A stretch of 63,451 nucleotides of DNA, the filler included, from Pelomyxa schiedti (Eukaryota > Protista > Evosea): NCBI GenBank assembly GCA_020536535.1. It is 12 parts of 12 records of this genome, joined end to end, with 100 filler letters (N's around TTAATTAATTAA, not from the genome) between each part and the next. Parts side by side here need not be neighbours in the genome. Positions count along the whole stretch, not along the records: positions 35,249 to 37,113 come from JAHLWZ010002231.1; positions 37,214 to 39,445 come from JAHLWZ010000001.1; positions 39,546 to 45,907 come from JAHLWZ010001430.1; positions 46,008 to 48,192 come from JAHLWZ010000147.1; positions 48,293 to 52,945 come from JAHLWZ010001572.1; positions 53,046 to 54,260 come from JAHLWZ010002687.1; 6 more parts are not named here. One strand, given 5' to 3'. This document shows, one piece after another, positions 36,490-54,360 of the stretch. Below the pieces are notes generated by a model that was given only the letters and a program-made list of their open reading frames with translations, was not told the DNA's origin and ran no database searches. The position numbers and the translations under genes are program-made. Each line of letters opens with the position of its first letter. Position 1 is the stretch's first letter.

Positions 36490-37113
36490 ATGCGAGAAGA
36501 ACCCATAAGTGAGGGAACGCCGAAGCGTCCGAGGGCAGTTTTGTCGTTACGGTTGTGGGCCCCTGGGTGGCGCTGGGCCTTGTTGATTATGGGATGTACG
36601 TTGTCACTTTTTGTTTTCATTTTCGTTTTTTTTTTTTTCTCACTCATTAGTCATTGAATTCTTATAGTGTTACTGGGTGAATGTACATGTTTATGGGAAT
36701 GGTCTCAAGTGAGTATGACGTCAGCTCCCAGTGCCCTTTATTATGGTAACTAGCCCACTTGAAGTTCTTGTTTCATTACATTTCTAACATTTTTTTTTTG
36801 CACACAAGGCTCTGGGGAAGTTGTAAATACAAACTCGTGGTATATCTTTGGTGGTTCACCAACAGCTACGTCAACACTGTATATATTTAACTTCAGTTTG
36901 TTCCCCAACTCCTTTGTTCACTCTTTGCTCCGTACCCTCACAAATTATTGTAGCAAGCAATCAGTGGACCAGTACGACTCCCGGCAGTCCTCTTTCTCTT
37001 TCTATGTATTTCTCCACTGCCCTCAGCAATCAACACATTGTTGTGTCCGGGTATAGCAGCCTGGCCACAAGTCACTATTTGATAGGTATTCCATCCTCTG
37101 ACCACCAACCTAC
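36490..37113 (+). CDS. 5' fragment of a possible secreted Kelch-like protein
   Basis: Spliceable hydrophobic leader, then SWYIFGG and QWTS motifs. Cut by the contig end. Confidence 0.3.
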
Positions 37114-37396
37114 NNNNNNNNNNNNNNNNNNNNNNNNNNNNNNNNNNNNNNNNNNNNTTAATTAATTAANNNNNNNNNNNNNNNNNNNNNNNNNNNNNNN
37201 NNNNNNNNNNNNNCCAACAGTATTCCATCACCCTCATACTCTGATCCCTCCTCTATCTGTAATATACCACCTGTATCAGACCCATCAGGCACAACCGTGG
37301 ACAAATTGTAAGTAGGTGAATGCCGGTGTTGTTGTAATACAAGTAAGAAACAATACAAAATTCTTTTTTTTTTTCCTCAAAATTTTGTTGGGCTGT

Positions 37397-39445
37397 TCAC
37401 GTGGAGCTTTCACCAAGCCAAGTTTTGATTTGGTTCTACTTGGAGTGAGTGACGAGGAAAATAGAATGGAATCGGTACCAGGAAACAGGTTTTAGGTAGA
37501 ATGCGGCTGCGTTTTTCGTGGACAAAGGTGTGAGCGTCTTTGACTGACATATTCATCTTTTTTGCAACGTATCTACAGGTTTCCGATTTGTATTTTTGGT
37601 GTTGGGTTTTTGGGCACATACGCAATAGTAACAGAGGCACTGCGCGAAATTCCGGCATGACTAGGAACTTTGGTGAGTAGGTGACTATTGTAGGAGAGTG
37701 TGCTTACCAGTGAATTAGTATTGACGTTTTATTATTTACAGCACTGTCGATGAAGTCTATGCAATTGTCTAGATGTGCTGATAAGAGTGTTTCTAACAAG
37801 GTTGTTAGGGTACAACATTTTTCAGTACTGGAACTACACCTTCTGTGTCATCGACTTCAATAACAAGGTATTTGAAGAGCTTCAACGATTAGAATTGTCA
37901 TAGGATGGGGAAAAACCTCTGGATAGTATGGTTTGAAGAAAGCAACAGTGAGGATATGTGTAATGCCATTGTTTTTTAACCAATGCCAGTTCTTTGCGCA
38001 TTCTAAGCTTTGTGTTGTGAAGGAAAAGTGTTTGTGTTTTATTTTGTTTTTTAGTTCCTATTGGAAAGCAATGTTAACACACCTTCCCAAGTAGACATTC
38101 GGCACTATTAAATCTGGGATAGGATAATCACAGGTGAGATGTAAAGGCCCCAGAAGAAACTCGTTACTTGCCCAACTGTCTGCAATGGGTTCTATTGTGG
38201 AGGATGCGGATGATGGAGGTGAGTCATTGGGTATTGTTGGTATTTCTCCTTTTTCTGTTTCTGTTTTCGTTGTTGCTGCTGTGGTTGATCCTATCCCTGT
38301 TTCTGTTCCTGGCTTTGTACTTGATGGTGGTGTTGAATCGCCTGATGATGGAGCTGGGCGACCTTTGATTTTTGGTACCCCACTAGCACACATTGGATTG
38401 CCTGATGCAATCACAAGCAAACCTTTCCGAAGAGCCCCAGGTGATTTTGCTTTCAATTCAATACCTTGGTTGGATGCAAGCAGTTCACCAGGAAATTCCT
38501 CAAATCTACTTTGGTTATTAAGTTGTTGATGCAAGTTAAAAGACCTGCAGAAAGAAATATCCAATCGTTCTAAGCCAGGGAAAGATGCAGCGAAATTACT
38601 TGGAAGACTCGATATCAATGTACAGGAAACATTTAGGTTATGAAGAGACGACTGGATAGTAATAAGTCGATCACAAAATAAATAAGAACAACTATAGTAA
38701 TAAGCTCAGTAGGAAACTCAGTTATTCTAGTAATACTCAGATCCAAAATCCGTAAATTTGGAAGTTGAAGGACAGGTAGTGGAATAGAAACANNNNNNNN
38801 NNNNNNNNNNNNNNNNNNNNNNNNNNNNNNNNNNNNNNNNNNNNNNNNNNNNNNNNNNNNNNNNNNNNNNNNNNNNNNNNNNNNNNNNNNNNCACAAAAT
38901 AAATAAGAACAACTATAGTAATAAGCTCAGTAGGAAACTCAGTTATTCTAGTAATACTCAGATCCAAAATCCGTAAATTTGGAAGTTGAAGGACAGGTAG
39001 TGGAATAGAAACAAAAGGATTTCCACTTATATCCAGGTGTGTAAGACTAGCAGGAAGAGGAGGTAGTGTAGAAAGATTGTTCAGACGTAAAGAGAGGCGA
39101 ACGAGACCCTCTTAGGGTTGTTATCTCATGTTTAGTTGTACAAAAATTACTCATGTGAGCAACTGGGGGTAAAATAGATAGACCAGTACTATCCATGGAC
39201 AGAATGTGGAGTTCTGTCAACGCTGAAAACTAGAGAGAATGAGTTCACCTTATTGTATTTCTTTGGTGGAAGAAATTGACACACCAGTCCAGGGGGAATT
39301 GTGCCCAATTGATTAAGGCTCACGGAGAGAAATTTGAGATTCACTAGCTTTTTATGGCTTAGAGGTATAAATTTATTAGCAGTTAAATATGACTTATAAG
39401 ACTTGTAGCCTACTTTAGACATAGCATTTGGTAGACTTGTTAAAT
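37397..39445 (-). CDS. LRR + dual-specificity phosphatase, 5' partial
   Basis: LRRs (LKFLSVSLNQLGTIP, LTHLDISGNP, LERLDISF). DUSP domain PDLIVPNVYLG|S, GITHILTV, spliced HC|HAGISRSA, and FL|NQIKTW end. Confidence 0.88.
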
Positions 39446-39574
39446 NNNNNNNNNNNNNNNNNNNNNNNNNNNNNNNNNNNNNNNNNNNNTTAATTAATTA
39501 ANNNNNNNNNNNNNNNNNNNNNNNNNNNNNNNNNNNNNNNNNNNNCTTTATCAACAACAACGAATTGGTCGGCA

Positions 39575-45232
<5,658 letters not shown>

Positions 45233-46012
45233 CTCCTCCTGATGTATTTATTTTTTGTTAATGTTCTTGGCCAAGAAGAAGGGGAATTTTCCTTCTTGAT
45301 TTCTTTCCCACAACTGGTTCTCAGCAGCATTTTCAAGGAGAAGAAGTCTCCTGCGGGAGCCTTTTTTTCGGGGCTCCCGCTCCTCTTGGGTTCATGGCAG
45401 AACGTTCCTTGTCTTAGCCTGTGTTAGGCCCGGGCCGTTCCATCATGAACACAGGCAACAAACAGGGAGGTTCTTTTTTCTTCCCACTACCGCAGCTCAC
45501 TGTACAGCACACCTTTATTTTGGGTTCACAACACACAAACAGTTTTCTTTCAATTTCTATCCTTTGAGGAAACAAACTTTTCATTCATTCAGTTGCTTTG
45601 TGTTATGGGTTTTCGTTGTGACTGTTTTTGCATAGAACTCTGCCTTGGTGTATGTACACAGGTAGTCATGGTACTAGTATATCAGTGGGGTGGTATTTGT
45701 CACATCACTGTTCTCATGAGTTGTCAGAGGGTAGGGTCTCTTCAGGGTCTGGGTCTTGATCCCTGGGCTCCTTGACATCAACATCTTCTCCAGCAATGAT
45801 CCCGACAGTGTGGAATTGATTCTCGCTCACGCGGACCATGCTATCCAGTATGTTATTGTTATTATTGTCATAACAACTACCATTCAGCACGCTAACCAAA
45901 AACTGAANNNNNNNNNNNNNNNNNNNNNNNNNNNNNNNNNNNNNNNNNNNNTTAATTAATTAANNNNNNNNNNNNNNNNNNNNNNNNNNNNNNNNNNNNN
46001 NNNNNNNGCTGC

Positions 46013-47457
46013 GTGATGAAGCGAACCATCACCACGGCCAAGGCACAAGCGATGGCGGTGTGCTGTGCCGCGATTGTGGGACGACGTGCTCCAATAAGTG
46101 GGACAGACACCGCGGTGGTGGCGGTTGCGGGGCCATGTCCCACAATGACGGAGTGGGCGCGGTCTCCGGCGTTGGTGAGGCAGTGGGCCGACGACTGGGT
46201 CCTCCCCCCATTGTGGGACGCAATTTTCAAGCTCCCCTTTCAGGGAGCATCCCTGGCGACTTTGGGGCACAGCGAAACAGTGCTTGTGAGTGTGTCACTG
46301 ACACTTGGTGTGGTGGATGTATCTCGGTTCACATGTTCATTTGAAGACCCGCGTGGGTGCCTTGGTGACCACAGGGTGCTGGTCCAGGCTGTCTGGAACT
46401 CCAGGGCGGATCCAATCATCAAGGATACAACTGCGTGGGACGCGAGCGACGCACCTGAGCCATCCCTGGAGTCATGGGCTCAAGTGAGGGGAGTACAGTG
46501 CAACAGGAAGTGGATTGTGGGGTGTAGTANNNNNNNNNNNNNNNNNNNNNNNNNNNNNNNNNNNNNNNNNNNNNNNNNNNNNNNNNNNNNNNNNNNNNNN
46601 NNNNNNNNNNNNNNNNNNNNNNNNNNNNNGATCCAATCATCAAGGATACAACTGCGTGGGACGCGAGCGACGCACCTGAGCCATCCCTGGAGTCATGGGC
46701 TCAAGTGAGGGGAGTACAGTGCAACAGGAAGTGGATTGTGGGGTGTAGTAGTCCCAGAGGAGTGGGAGTGGTGCCGTCACTGTTCATCCACAAGGTGGTG
46801 GGTGGTGCACCTGCTGGAAATGACGTGGTTGTGAAAAGCGGAGATATCAGGATAAAGAGAGGTGAATTCGCACCTCTGGGAGGTGACACTCTGATTTTGT
46901 ATGGCACCACTGAAGGAGGCACAATGGATGCCGTTGTGCTTGTTGACCTGGAAGCCACCTTCATAAACAAGGAGCTTGTTGTCAAGTCAAAGATTGTATG
47001 TGGACAAAGTACTGGTCAAACAAGGTACACAAGAGGTGTGACGTGGATGCCCGACGGTTCCCCTTGCATGTTGGTGGTTTCAGGATTTGTTCCTGTGCAC
47101 AATTACTCACTTGTTGATGCATCAGCGTTGGCAACAACAAGGTGGGTGTTTCCTAATGGCAAAACAGTGAGCACACTCCAGAAAACTCATGTGTTCGCTC
47201 ACTGGTCATCAGAAGACCCCAACTTCCAGGTCTTCAGCAATGGGAACCTCGCACAGCCATTACTGTGTGTTCCATGCACTTGGGCCGTTGCTGATCAACA
47301 ATCAGGCCTCATCCTTTCAACTTCACACCAAAGCAACAGTCAACAAAATGAGATGGAGTGCTCGCTTCATGATGGTGTCACTGGCTTCCTCATTGGCAAT
47401 TTCTCTGTGCCAATCGACGTCACAAGATTCAAAGTGTGTTTGCTCCAGCTATACTAA
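46013..47457 (+). CDS. Intronless divergent member of the 'QFxA..RCG' family (one ORF once the duplicated gap flank is collapsed)
   Basis: AKAQAMAVCCAAIVGRR, VRQWADDWV, VSLTLGVV, CNRKW, VDLEATFINKELVV. Confidence 0.7.
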
Positions 47458-47465
47458 AAAAATTT

Positions 47466-47537
47466 CGCGCTGTGCAGGGATCGAACCTGCGACCCTTGGA
47501 TCCGAAGTCCAATACTCTTCCTCTGAGTTAACAGCGC
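47466..47537 (-). tRNA. trnR: tRNA-Arg(TCG)
   Basis: GCGCTGT/ACAGCGC acceptor stem, TTGGA-CTTCGGA-TCCAA anticodon arm, GGTTCGATCC T-arm, downstream T-run. Confidence 0.92.
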
Positions 47538-47660
47538 TGATATGAAAAACGGGTTTGCCAGAGCCTTAAATCTACCCATACAAAAAAGAAGCTGGTTATT
47601 TCGTTCGGTTCTTCAAGGAAACAGACATTTTAAGGAAAGATCGTGCCGTTCGAACTGTAA

Positions 47661-47732
47661 GCGTTTGTGGTGAAATGGTTCTCATAGCAGCCTTCCAAGC
47701 TGTTGTTCCGGGTTCCATTCCCGGCAAACGCA
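47661..47732 (+). tRNA. trnG: tRNA-Gly(TCC)
   Basis: GCGTTTG/CAAACGC acceptor stem, GCAGC-CTTCCAA-GCTGT anticodon arm, CCGGG-TTCCATT-CCCGG T-arm, downstream T-run. Confidence 0.88.
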
Positions 47733-48292
47733 ATACTTTTTTTTTGTTCGTAATTTCTGTTTCTTGTTTACATGTGGGGTGCTTACCAAGTGGGTGATGT
47801 GTCACAGTAGGGTACTGTTTCTCCTGTGCTGCAGTCAACAACTCCCCAGAACTTGTTGTTTGTTCCGGATTCCACCGGCCCGGTTCCATTCTCCTCCCCT
47901 CCCACTGTGGCTGTTACTCTTCCCGTGTCAGAACCATCAAGAGCGAGGGTGAATACTGCACGCACTCTGACCGGGCATGGTTTGACTGGCCTGGTGACTT
48001 GCCATACTCCGTCGGTGGGATGGTAGTTGACCAGTGTGACGCGCATTTGGGGGTGGAATCCGGGCTGGAGAAATTCTATTCTGGTCTGGAACGCCGAGAA
48101 TTGCAGTGATTCTTCTAGCTCCGGCATAGCCGCGTACAGTGCCTTTATAACAGAGAATTTTGCTGCTTTGAGGTATCTTTGAGTTGATAGCANNNNNNNN
48201 NNNNNNNNNNNNNNNNNNNNNNNNNNNNNNNNNNNNTTAATTAATTAANNNNNNNNNNNNNNNNNNNNNNNNNNNNNNNNNNNNNNNNNNNN

Positions 48293-48461
48293 CGCCCGCG
48301 GTGTTGTACCAGTACAGCGCCTCGTCCAGGTCCACGGCCACCCCGTCGCGGCCGTCGCGGTAGCACAGCGCCAGCTTGCGCATAGCGTCGGTGTTGCCTG
48401 CGTGGGCCTGCTCGACCAGGGACACAATGTAGGAGTTGTCGATGTGTGTTGCGGTTGACAT
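48293..48461 (-). CDS. Sel1-like repeat protein, 5' fragment
   Basis: AHAGNTDAMRKLALCYRDGRDGVAVDLDEALYWY. Cut by the contig end. Confidence 0.8.
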
Positions 48462-48819
48462 CAAACTTTTTTATTGCTTCTGTTTGTGTTCTACATGGAC
48501 ATCGACACCACCTTCACCAGACAAGCACCCCCACTTGTGTGCTGCACCGACACTGCAAGTCGATGAGAAAACCACACTTTTTTAGTTAGCGAGGCAGCGT
48601 GAAGCGGTTTGCCGGGATTCGTTGATGTTTTGTGTAGCCGGGCTGCAGCGGTGCGCCCGGCAGCGCGGTGTGGGTGGTAGAATCGAATCCTGCAGCGAGT
48701 CACATAAAGTGCAGGCTGTTGTGGTTCCTGTCACCTCCTGTCCTGGTCGTCTGTTTCGCGGCATACGTAGAGTCACCCCTAATAATAGACCGCACCCGTT
48801 GGCTGTAGGAATTGTCTAG

Positions 48820-50930
48820 CTCAGATAGTGAGCCCTGTGGTTGTTGTGTCAAGTGAGATTGTAAGCAGTTATTGTTGAGTGTATGTGATGCGGGAGCGGC
48901 GAGAAATGCGGGTGCTCTTGGGGAGATACCGTACGAATTGTGAAGTCAACTTGTCTGTCATTGAGCTCACTCTGAACAGCATTTCTATACTGATGAACCA
49001 CATTAGGGGCCCATCACTGTGTCCAGGACACTTGTTATAACGCCTCGCGGCTGTAGTGACTCGCAGGATAACGCAAGCAGAGGTGGCCGTATAACAAGCC
49101 CATCGTCGAGGGTAAGTCCAACCTTTTGGAGTTGACCAAAAAAAAAAGTACACACATCAGGGATATTTGTTATGCTGTATGGTCTTGGGTGTATGCAAAT
49201 GCCGGATTCTTCTACAGGCATTGTACGCAGGGCCATCAGATTGTAAATTCGTTCGTCTGGTCTATGACGGCAGTTAGGATAAAAAGAAAGGTATTGTAAA
49301 TTGAATTGATTCAAATTAGAGGGATCTGGCCAAATTCATCCTTAGTACTAATTTACAAATTAATCTGGCCACACTTGATCTCTCCACACCCAAAGACAAT
49401 GTTCTTGACCAAAGGTAGAATATATAGGGGAAGATTATTCAGTGTATCTGGTATCATCAGCTGTAGGGGTGGTGCTTCAGATGGTGAAAGTGTGGTGTGA
49501 TATGAGACAAGGATGGCAATTAATTTTCTCACAAATCTGCCTGTGTCACAGATCGGCCTACACCAAGTTAGTGGTGGGGCAGTTGGAGCCCAGGCCCCGG
49601 TGTGTCGAGGCACCTGTGTTGGTGTGCCACTCTGTTGGGTGAATGCTAGAGTACCATTATTGGGTCTTGCTGCCTTTTTGGTGGCACAGAAACGCTGGGC
49701 ATCGTGCACGGAATGTGTCCATCTTTCCGTGTGGTCTACGTCGATAAGGCAACACGGCCATGGTGTAGTGCATCGTACTCCAGTTGCTCTTCACACCTTC
49801 GTTTGAATCATAAGCCGATGCGTAATTAAAAATCGCGGGTGATTGGGCCGTTAAGAGACTGGTGATTACCCATACCCCTATCCCTTCCCACCCACCAAGC
49901 CGGAGCATGACGCTTCCAAATACCCCTACCCATTCCCTCGTTACCATCACAGTTACTAGTCCCAACCATCCATGGTGTGTTCCCACTTACTTTGTCTGTT
50001 GGATGGTTGGGACTAGTAACTGTGATGGGAACGAGGGAATGGGTAGGGATATTTGGAAGCGTCATGCTCCGGCTTGGTGGGTGGGAAGGGATAGGGGTAT
50101 GGGTAATCACCAGTCTCAACAGGGACAGGGTATGGTTGGGACGGGGCTGGCGCTGGCGCTGGGTACGGTGATGGGGGTGGGGATGGCGATGTGCTCTTCC
50201 CAGGAGGCTCTGCATGGGGATAGAAATAGTCCCCGTCTTCTTCCGCTTGGTAAAAGTAGTCATCGTCAGGTGAGAAGGTTGTAATGTCTGCGCTGTCCCT
50301 CGACGGAGGAGAGCTGTGTATGGGTGGGGGTGGGGAGGTTGACGAACCATGGGGCGACTTTGGTGATGGGGCTGCAATATCATCTTCCTCACCGTTGCCT
50401 TCAGAAGCGGCGGTTTCCTCCGTAGTATCATCCTGTTCAGTTTGGGGAATATGGTGGGCTGAGTTGGGTATGGATAATGCTCCGTCATTGGTGAATCATA
50501 ATCTAGTGGTGAAGTCTGCCAGAGATATCATTAAACATAAACTTTGTCAAGAATGCTTGCCTCAGTAATCGTGGAAATGGCAAAGTTCAACACAATGGAC
50601 GAAACTTTCTTGGTGCTTATCAACAGTGTATGAACTTGTGAATTGTTGGAACCGGATATCCCAATTGATACTTCCGCTTGTATGCGGCGGCAACAGAGTA
50701 GGCACGTGCGTATATCCTGGCATAAAATGGTGGGAAAAACAAGAAGAGATAAGAGCGCTACTCACCTTGGCGGAGACATTTGCGGAAATTTGCCCTTTCA
50801 AAGAATTTGAAAATCTGGAAGTAATCCCGCTTTCAAGAAGTCCAAGTGTAATATCGAAGGCAACGGGATTATTGTACTTTTCGATTGGCATGTCGGGTGC
50901 ATAGCTGTTTGATAATGACACAGGATGTAA
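48820..50930 (-). pseudogene. SEC24: Decayed Sec24-like COPII gene interrupted by an insertion
   Basis: LPLYILPLVK, PDERIYNLMALRTMP..IHPRPYSI, PPLLALSCESL, and vWA-like FDITLGLLESG. Multiple stops and frameshifts. Confidence 0.6.
49855..50117. repeat. Long inverted repeat: 118-bp arms (49855-49972 / 50000-50117), 27-bp loop, 2 mismatches
   Basis: Direct reverse-complement comparison. Confidence 0.95.
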
Positions 50931-51402
50931 TACTATGCCCTTGCCATTAGCCCCAAGCTCAGGTCTAGGAGCCTAACGGGGGAACAGCTGAGTCCGGGAA
51001 TTTTGATATAAGCATACAGATATATACATGTATCTTTCTATGCATTCACTGAAGAACTTATATAATGAATGGGCTTGGTAATACGTTGTCAAATTGGAAT
51101 AAGTCCAGAGTCAAGCCAATATCCAATCCATCCATCATCACCACTTGAACAAACAATTGGTGGTGTTCGAATAATAATACTTAATACAACCACTGCCTAC
51201 TTAGATCCAGAAAGTGCTTCTCCAATTTCATATAAGTATAATATTACTTACGAAATTCGAGAAGCACTTTCTGGATCTAAGTAGGCAGTGGTTGTGTAAC
51301 TTTGTGCCACACGGGGAAAGTCGAGACAATTACCTGCTCGGGCTTTTTGAATGCACCAAGTAGAGACTTTACGCGAAGACCACCAGCTGTCTGTGTCGTG
51401 GG

Positions 51403-51810
51403 CATCGTACTCGCAGTCTCACCAAACGCGAAAGCTGTGCGACAGATTTCGACGCTGAAACCTCTATGTCTTTCACAGTGCGGGACTCCGACACGATCGT
51501 GGCTCTCAGCAAGTGCTTGTTCTCACTGGAACAGGTAGACTCACAAGTGACTAAGCATAGAGGAGTCCACGTCGGCAATGATCTCCACGGCATCCGTGAT
51601 CTGCAACAAGAAAAAAAAACCATCAACCGCCGGGTCAACCAGCCTTTCACACCAAAAAAACTCCTCCATCCCAACTCCACCTACCTGTTCCAGTGAGAAC
51701 AAGCACTTGCTGAGAGCCACGATTGTGTCGGAGTCCCGCACTGTGAAATGCATTTCAGCATCGAGATCTGTCGCACAGCTTTCGCGTTTGGTGAGACTGC
51801 GAGTACGATG
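51403..51810. repeat. Long inverted repeat: ~130-bp arms (51403-51538 / 51681-51810), 142-bp spacer, a few mismatches and an indel
   Basis: Direct reverse-complement comparison. Confidence 0.95.
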
Positions 51811-53984
51811 ACCACTAGTTTCTTGTTTTTTTCTTATTGGAGTTTTTTCCCAGATGAGAAAGCACGTAAAATGTTGCTTGTCCTGATCACCCTTCTGCGA
51901 AAACCTCTGTCACATACAAGAAGAAAATCATTCCCAAAGTTGGTTTTTGAGGTGCGGAAGGTAACACCTGAGGGGCGAGGTGGTGACTTGGCGGCTCGTG
52001 AGCCTGTGGGAAGTTCCAGCGGCTGGATCGACGCGAGCAACTGAGAGAAATGGTAACCAATGTGCCTGAAGATGTCAAGATACCTTGCACACCCTCATGA
52101 GGATTGCTCCCTTGCTCTCACTCTTGTACTCTTTCAAGATGTTGAAGGTGCAGTCCAACCACAATGCAATGGCACTGTTACCTTGACCCATTACAAGGAG
52201 GAAGGGTTCAAAGAGGACCTTTAGGACAGGCTAGTTGTGAATCCCATCAAGCTGTAAGCATCCACCAATCTGACTTGCACAGGAGGCATTACTGTACACC
52301 ACTCATGAGTCCACTGAGCTTGCAAAACCAGTTTTGAAACAAAGAACCCACAGAAAAAAAACTTGAACAGGTGTTTTTTGTTCAAGGGGAGCAAAATTCA
52401 TCACTTATGCCCACAACTGTTCATGTGGTTCTACATACTTTTCTGGATGTGTTAAAGTTTACTTACATTCATGTTGAAGTACTAACATCAAAGATTACTT
52501 ACAAAATGGGAAACTACCAGATCCAATATGTTGGCTCTTTGTTTGCTCTTCACAACTCTGGTGAATCCTTTTGTGCACTATTGGTGTGATCACTCATGGT
52601 CAGATGCTGTGTTGTATGGACTAAGAGCTAGAAGGCTTGTTGTCAAGGATATGAATCTTCATCTGACTCAGTAAATTCCTGGGAATGTCTCTTGAAACAT
52701 TGATTGACCTGGCCCAGATATTAAACTTAGTCATCCCTTAACATATGTTTACACTATATGACAGCTCTTGGAGAAAATGCTGGAATTACACTGGTTCTAC
52801 GCACACGGTACGGCATAATCGCCTACAAGATTCCACCGTCTCCACCGTACTTCTCCCCAGATGTTGGTTCTAGGTATGCCGCACAAGTCCTTCACAAGAA
52901 ACGATGTAAATAGTTCGTACTTTCAAAAAAGGGATGAATCGATCANNNNNNNNNNNNNNNNNNNNNNNNNNNNNNNNNNNNNNNNNNNNTTAATTAATTA
53001 ANNNNNNNNNNNNNNNNNNNNNNNNNNNNNNNNNNNNNNNNNNNNGCCAGTAGAGGAGCCTACAAGCAAACCAGCAAATACGCTCAGAAGAAAGATGCAG
53101 CCGCGTTCGTGGTCAGGCCTATAAACCCTTTCATACTCGGACCACCAGTGCCGATCAACATAGCCCAACAAAAGGCTCAACTGTGGGGATGCGACATCAC
53201 AGCTCAACAGCAACCAGATCCACTGTGCTTTGGCAAGATGAGCCTTCGTCCATTCAAGGGTGCCATAACCACATGTGTTGTCAAAGCTGCCCACAGCACA
53301 GAATCCGCTGAGCTTTTCAACAAGCAGAACAACGAAGATTGGAAGAAGTCAGGAACCAAGTGACATCAAGCGGAGGTGTAGGAAACAACGGGATTGTGGC
53401 CCTGGTGCGCTGTGAGGCGGCAAAGACCCTGGTTTTATCAGAAGGGTGGCTGCAACAGGCGCGGGAGTGGGAGCAAGCGCACGAGCAGCAGCGACGTGGT
53501 GCGAAGTTGGGAATCGCGCGGCAGCGAGAACGAGTTAGGCTCGTTGAGTCCCTCTCTGGCACTGCTATAGCTTCCTGCATTGAGTTTGCTGAGGGAACAA
53601 CGGTTGGGGACTGGTTCTGTTTCCCCTCCTCGTGAGTGAAGTGCTGTGTGCCCTTGGAATTGATTAGGCCCAGAAGAGAAGTAGAATAAACAATTGAATA
53701 CCCCGTCTGCTTGTCATTCCATTGGTCGGTGTTAGGCAACACACAATAATGGGAAGACACATCACGTCTCTTTTTTCTGCCACAAGTCCCAATTGCAATC
53801 GTGTGGACTGGCATCACCGATTGTGCGTTTTATCGATAATAATCACCATCACTTTGTTTTAGTTGAATGTGCGGGGTCCCTGATGATGTTTCCTCCACTG
53901 TTATTGAGGTATTTACCGTTCCTAGAGGAGTTCGGAAACAAAGTGAGTTCAGCGTCTAATGAATGTGCGGTGGTGTTCTCCAAT

Positions 53985-54260
53985 TTAAATTGAGTGAAAT
54001 GAGTTGAGAGCATCAGAAGCAGACAGCCTGGTGGTGCGATCACGCGACATCATCCCAACAAGAACCTGTGCAATGGTGCCCATCACTAGGCCAGTGGGTC
54101 TTGCTGCCGTTGCTGTTGCCGTGACGACGGCCGTGGTGGTGTTGTTGTTGTTCCATTGCTGAGGAGGGAGTGGAGGGAGCAACTCAGTGGAGAAGGTGCA
54201 CATGTCTTGTTTGAACTTTCCAATGAACTTGTTGGTGGGAGGAAGCATCGCATCGTAAAA
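53985..54260 (-). CDS. C-terminal fragment of a probable protein kinase
   Basis: IAQVLVGMMSRDRTTRLSASDAL resembles kinase subdomain XI. The 5' part lies beyond the contig end. Confidence 0.45.
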   Translation of the reverse strand, partial: FYDAMLPPTNKFIGKFKQDMCTFSTELLPPLPPQQWNNNNTTTAVVTATATAARPTGLVMGTIAQVLVGMMSRDRTTRLSASDALNSFHSI

Positions 54261-54360
54261 NNNNNNNNNNNNNNNNNNNNNNNNNNNNNNNNNNNNNNNN
54301 NNNNTTAATTAATTAANNNNNNNNNNNNNNNNNNNNNNNNNNNNNNNNNNNNNNNNNNNN

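Noticed and set aside
52100-53900. Coding-like fragments with stops (also 45445-45907, 47783-48192 and 59000-60400)
   Set aside because: No family motif could be assigned with confidence; probably decayed or partial genes.
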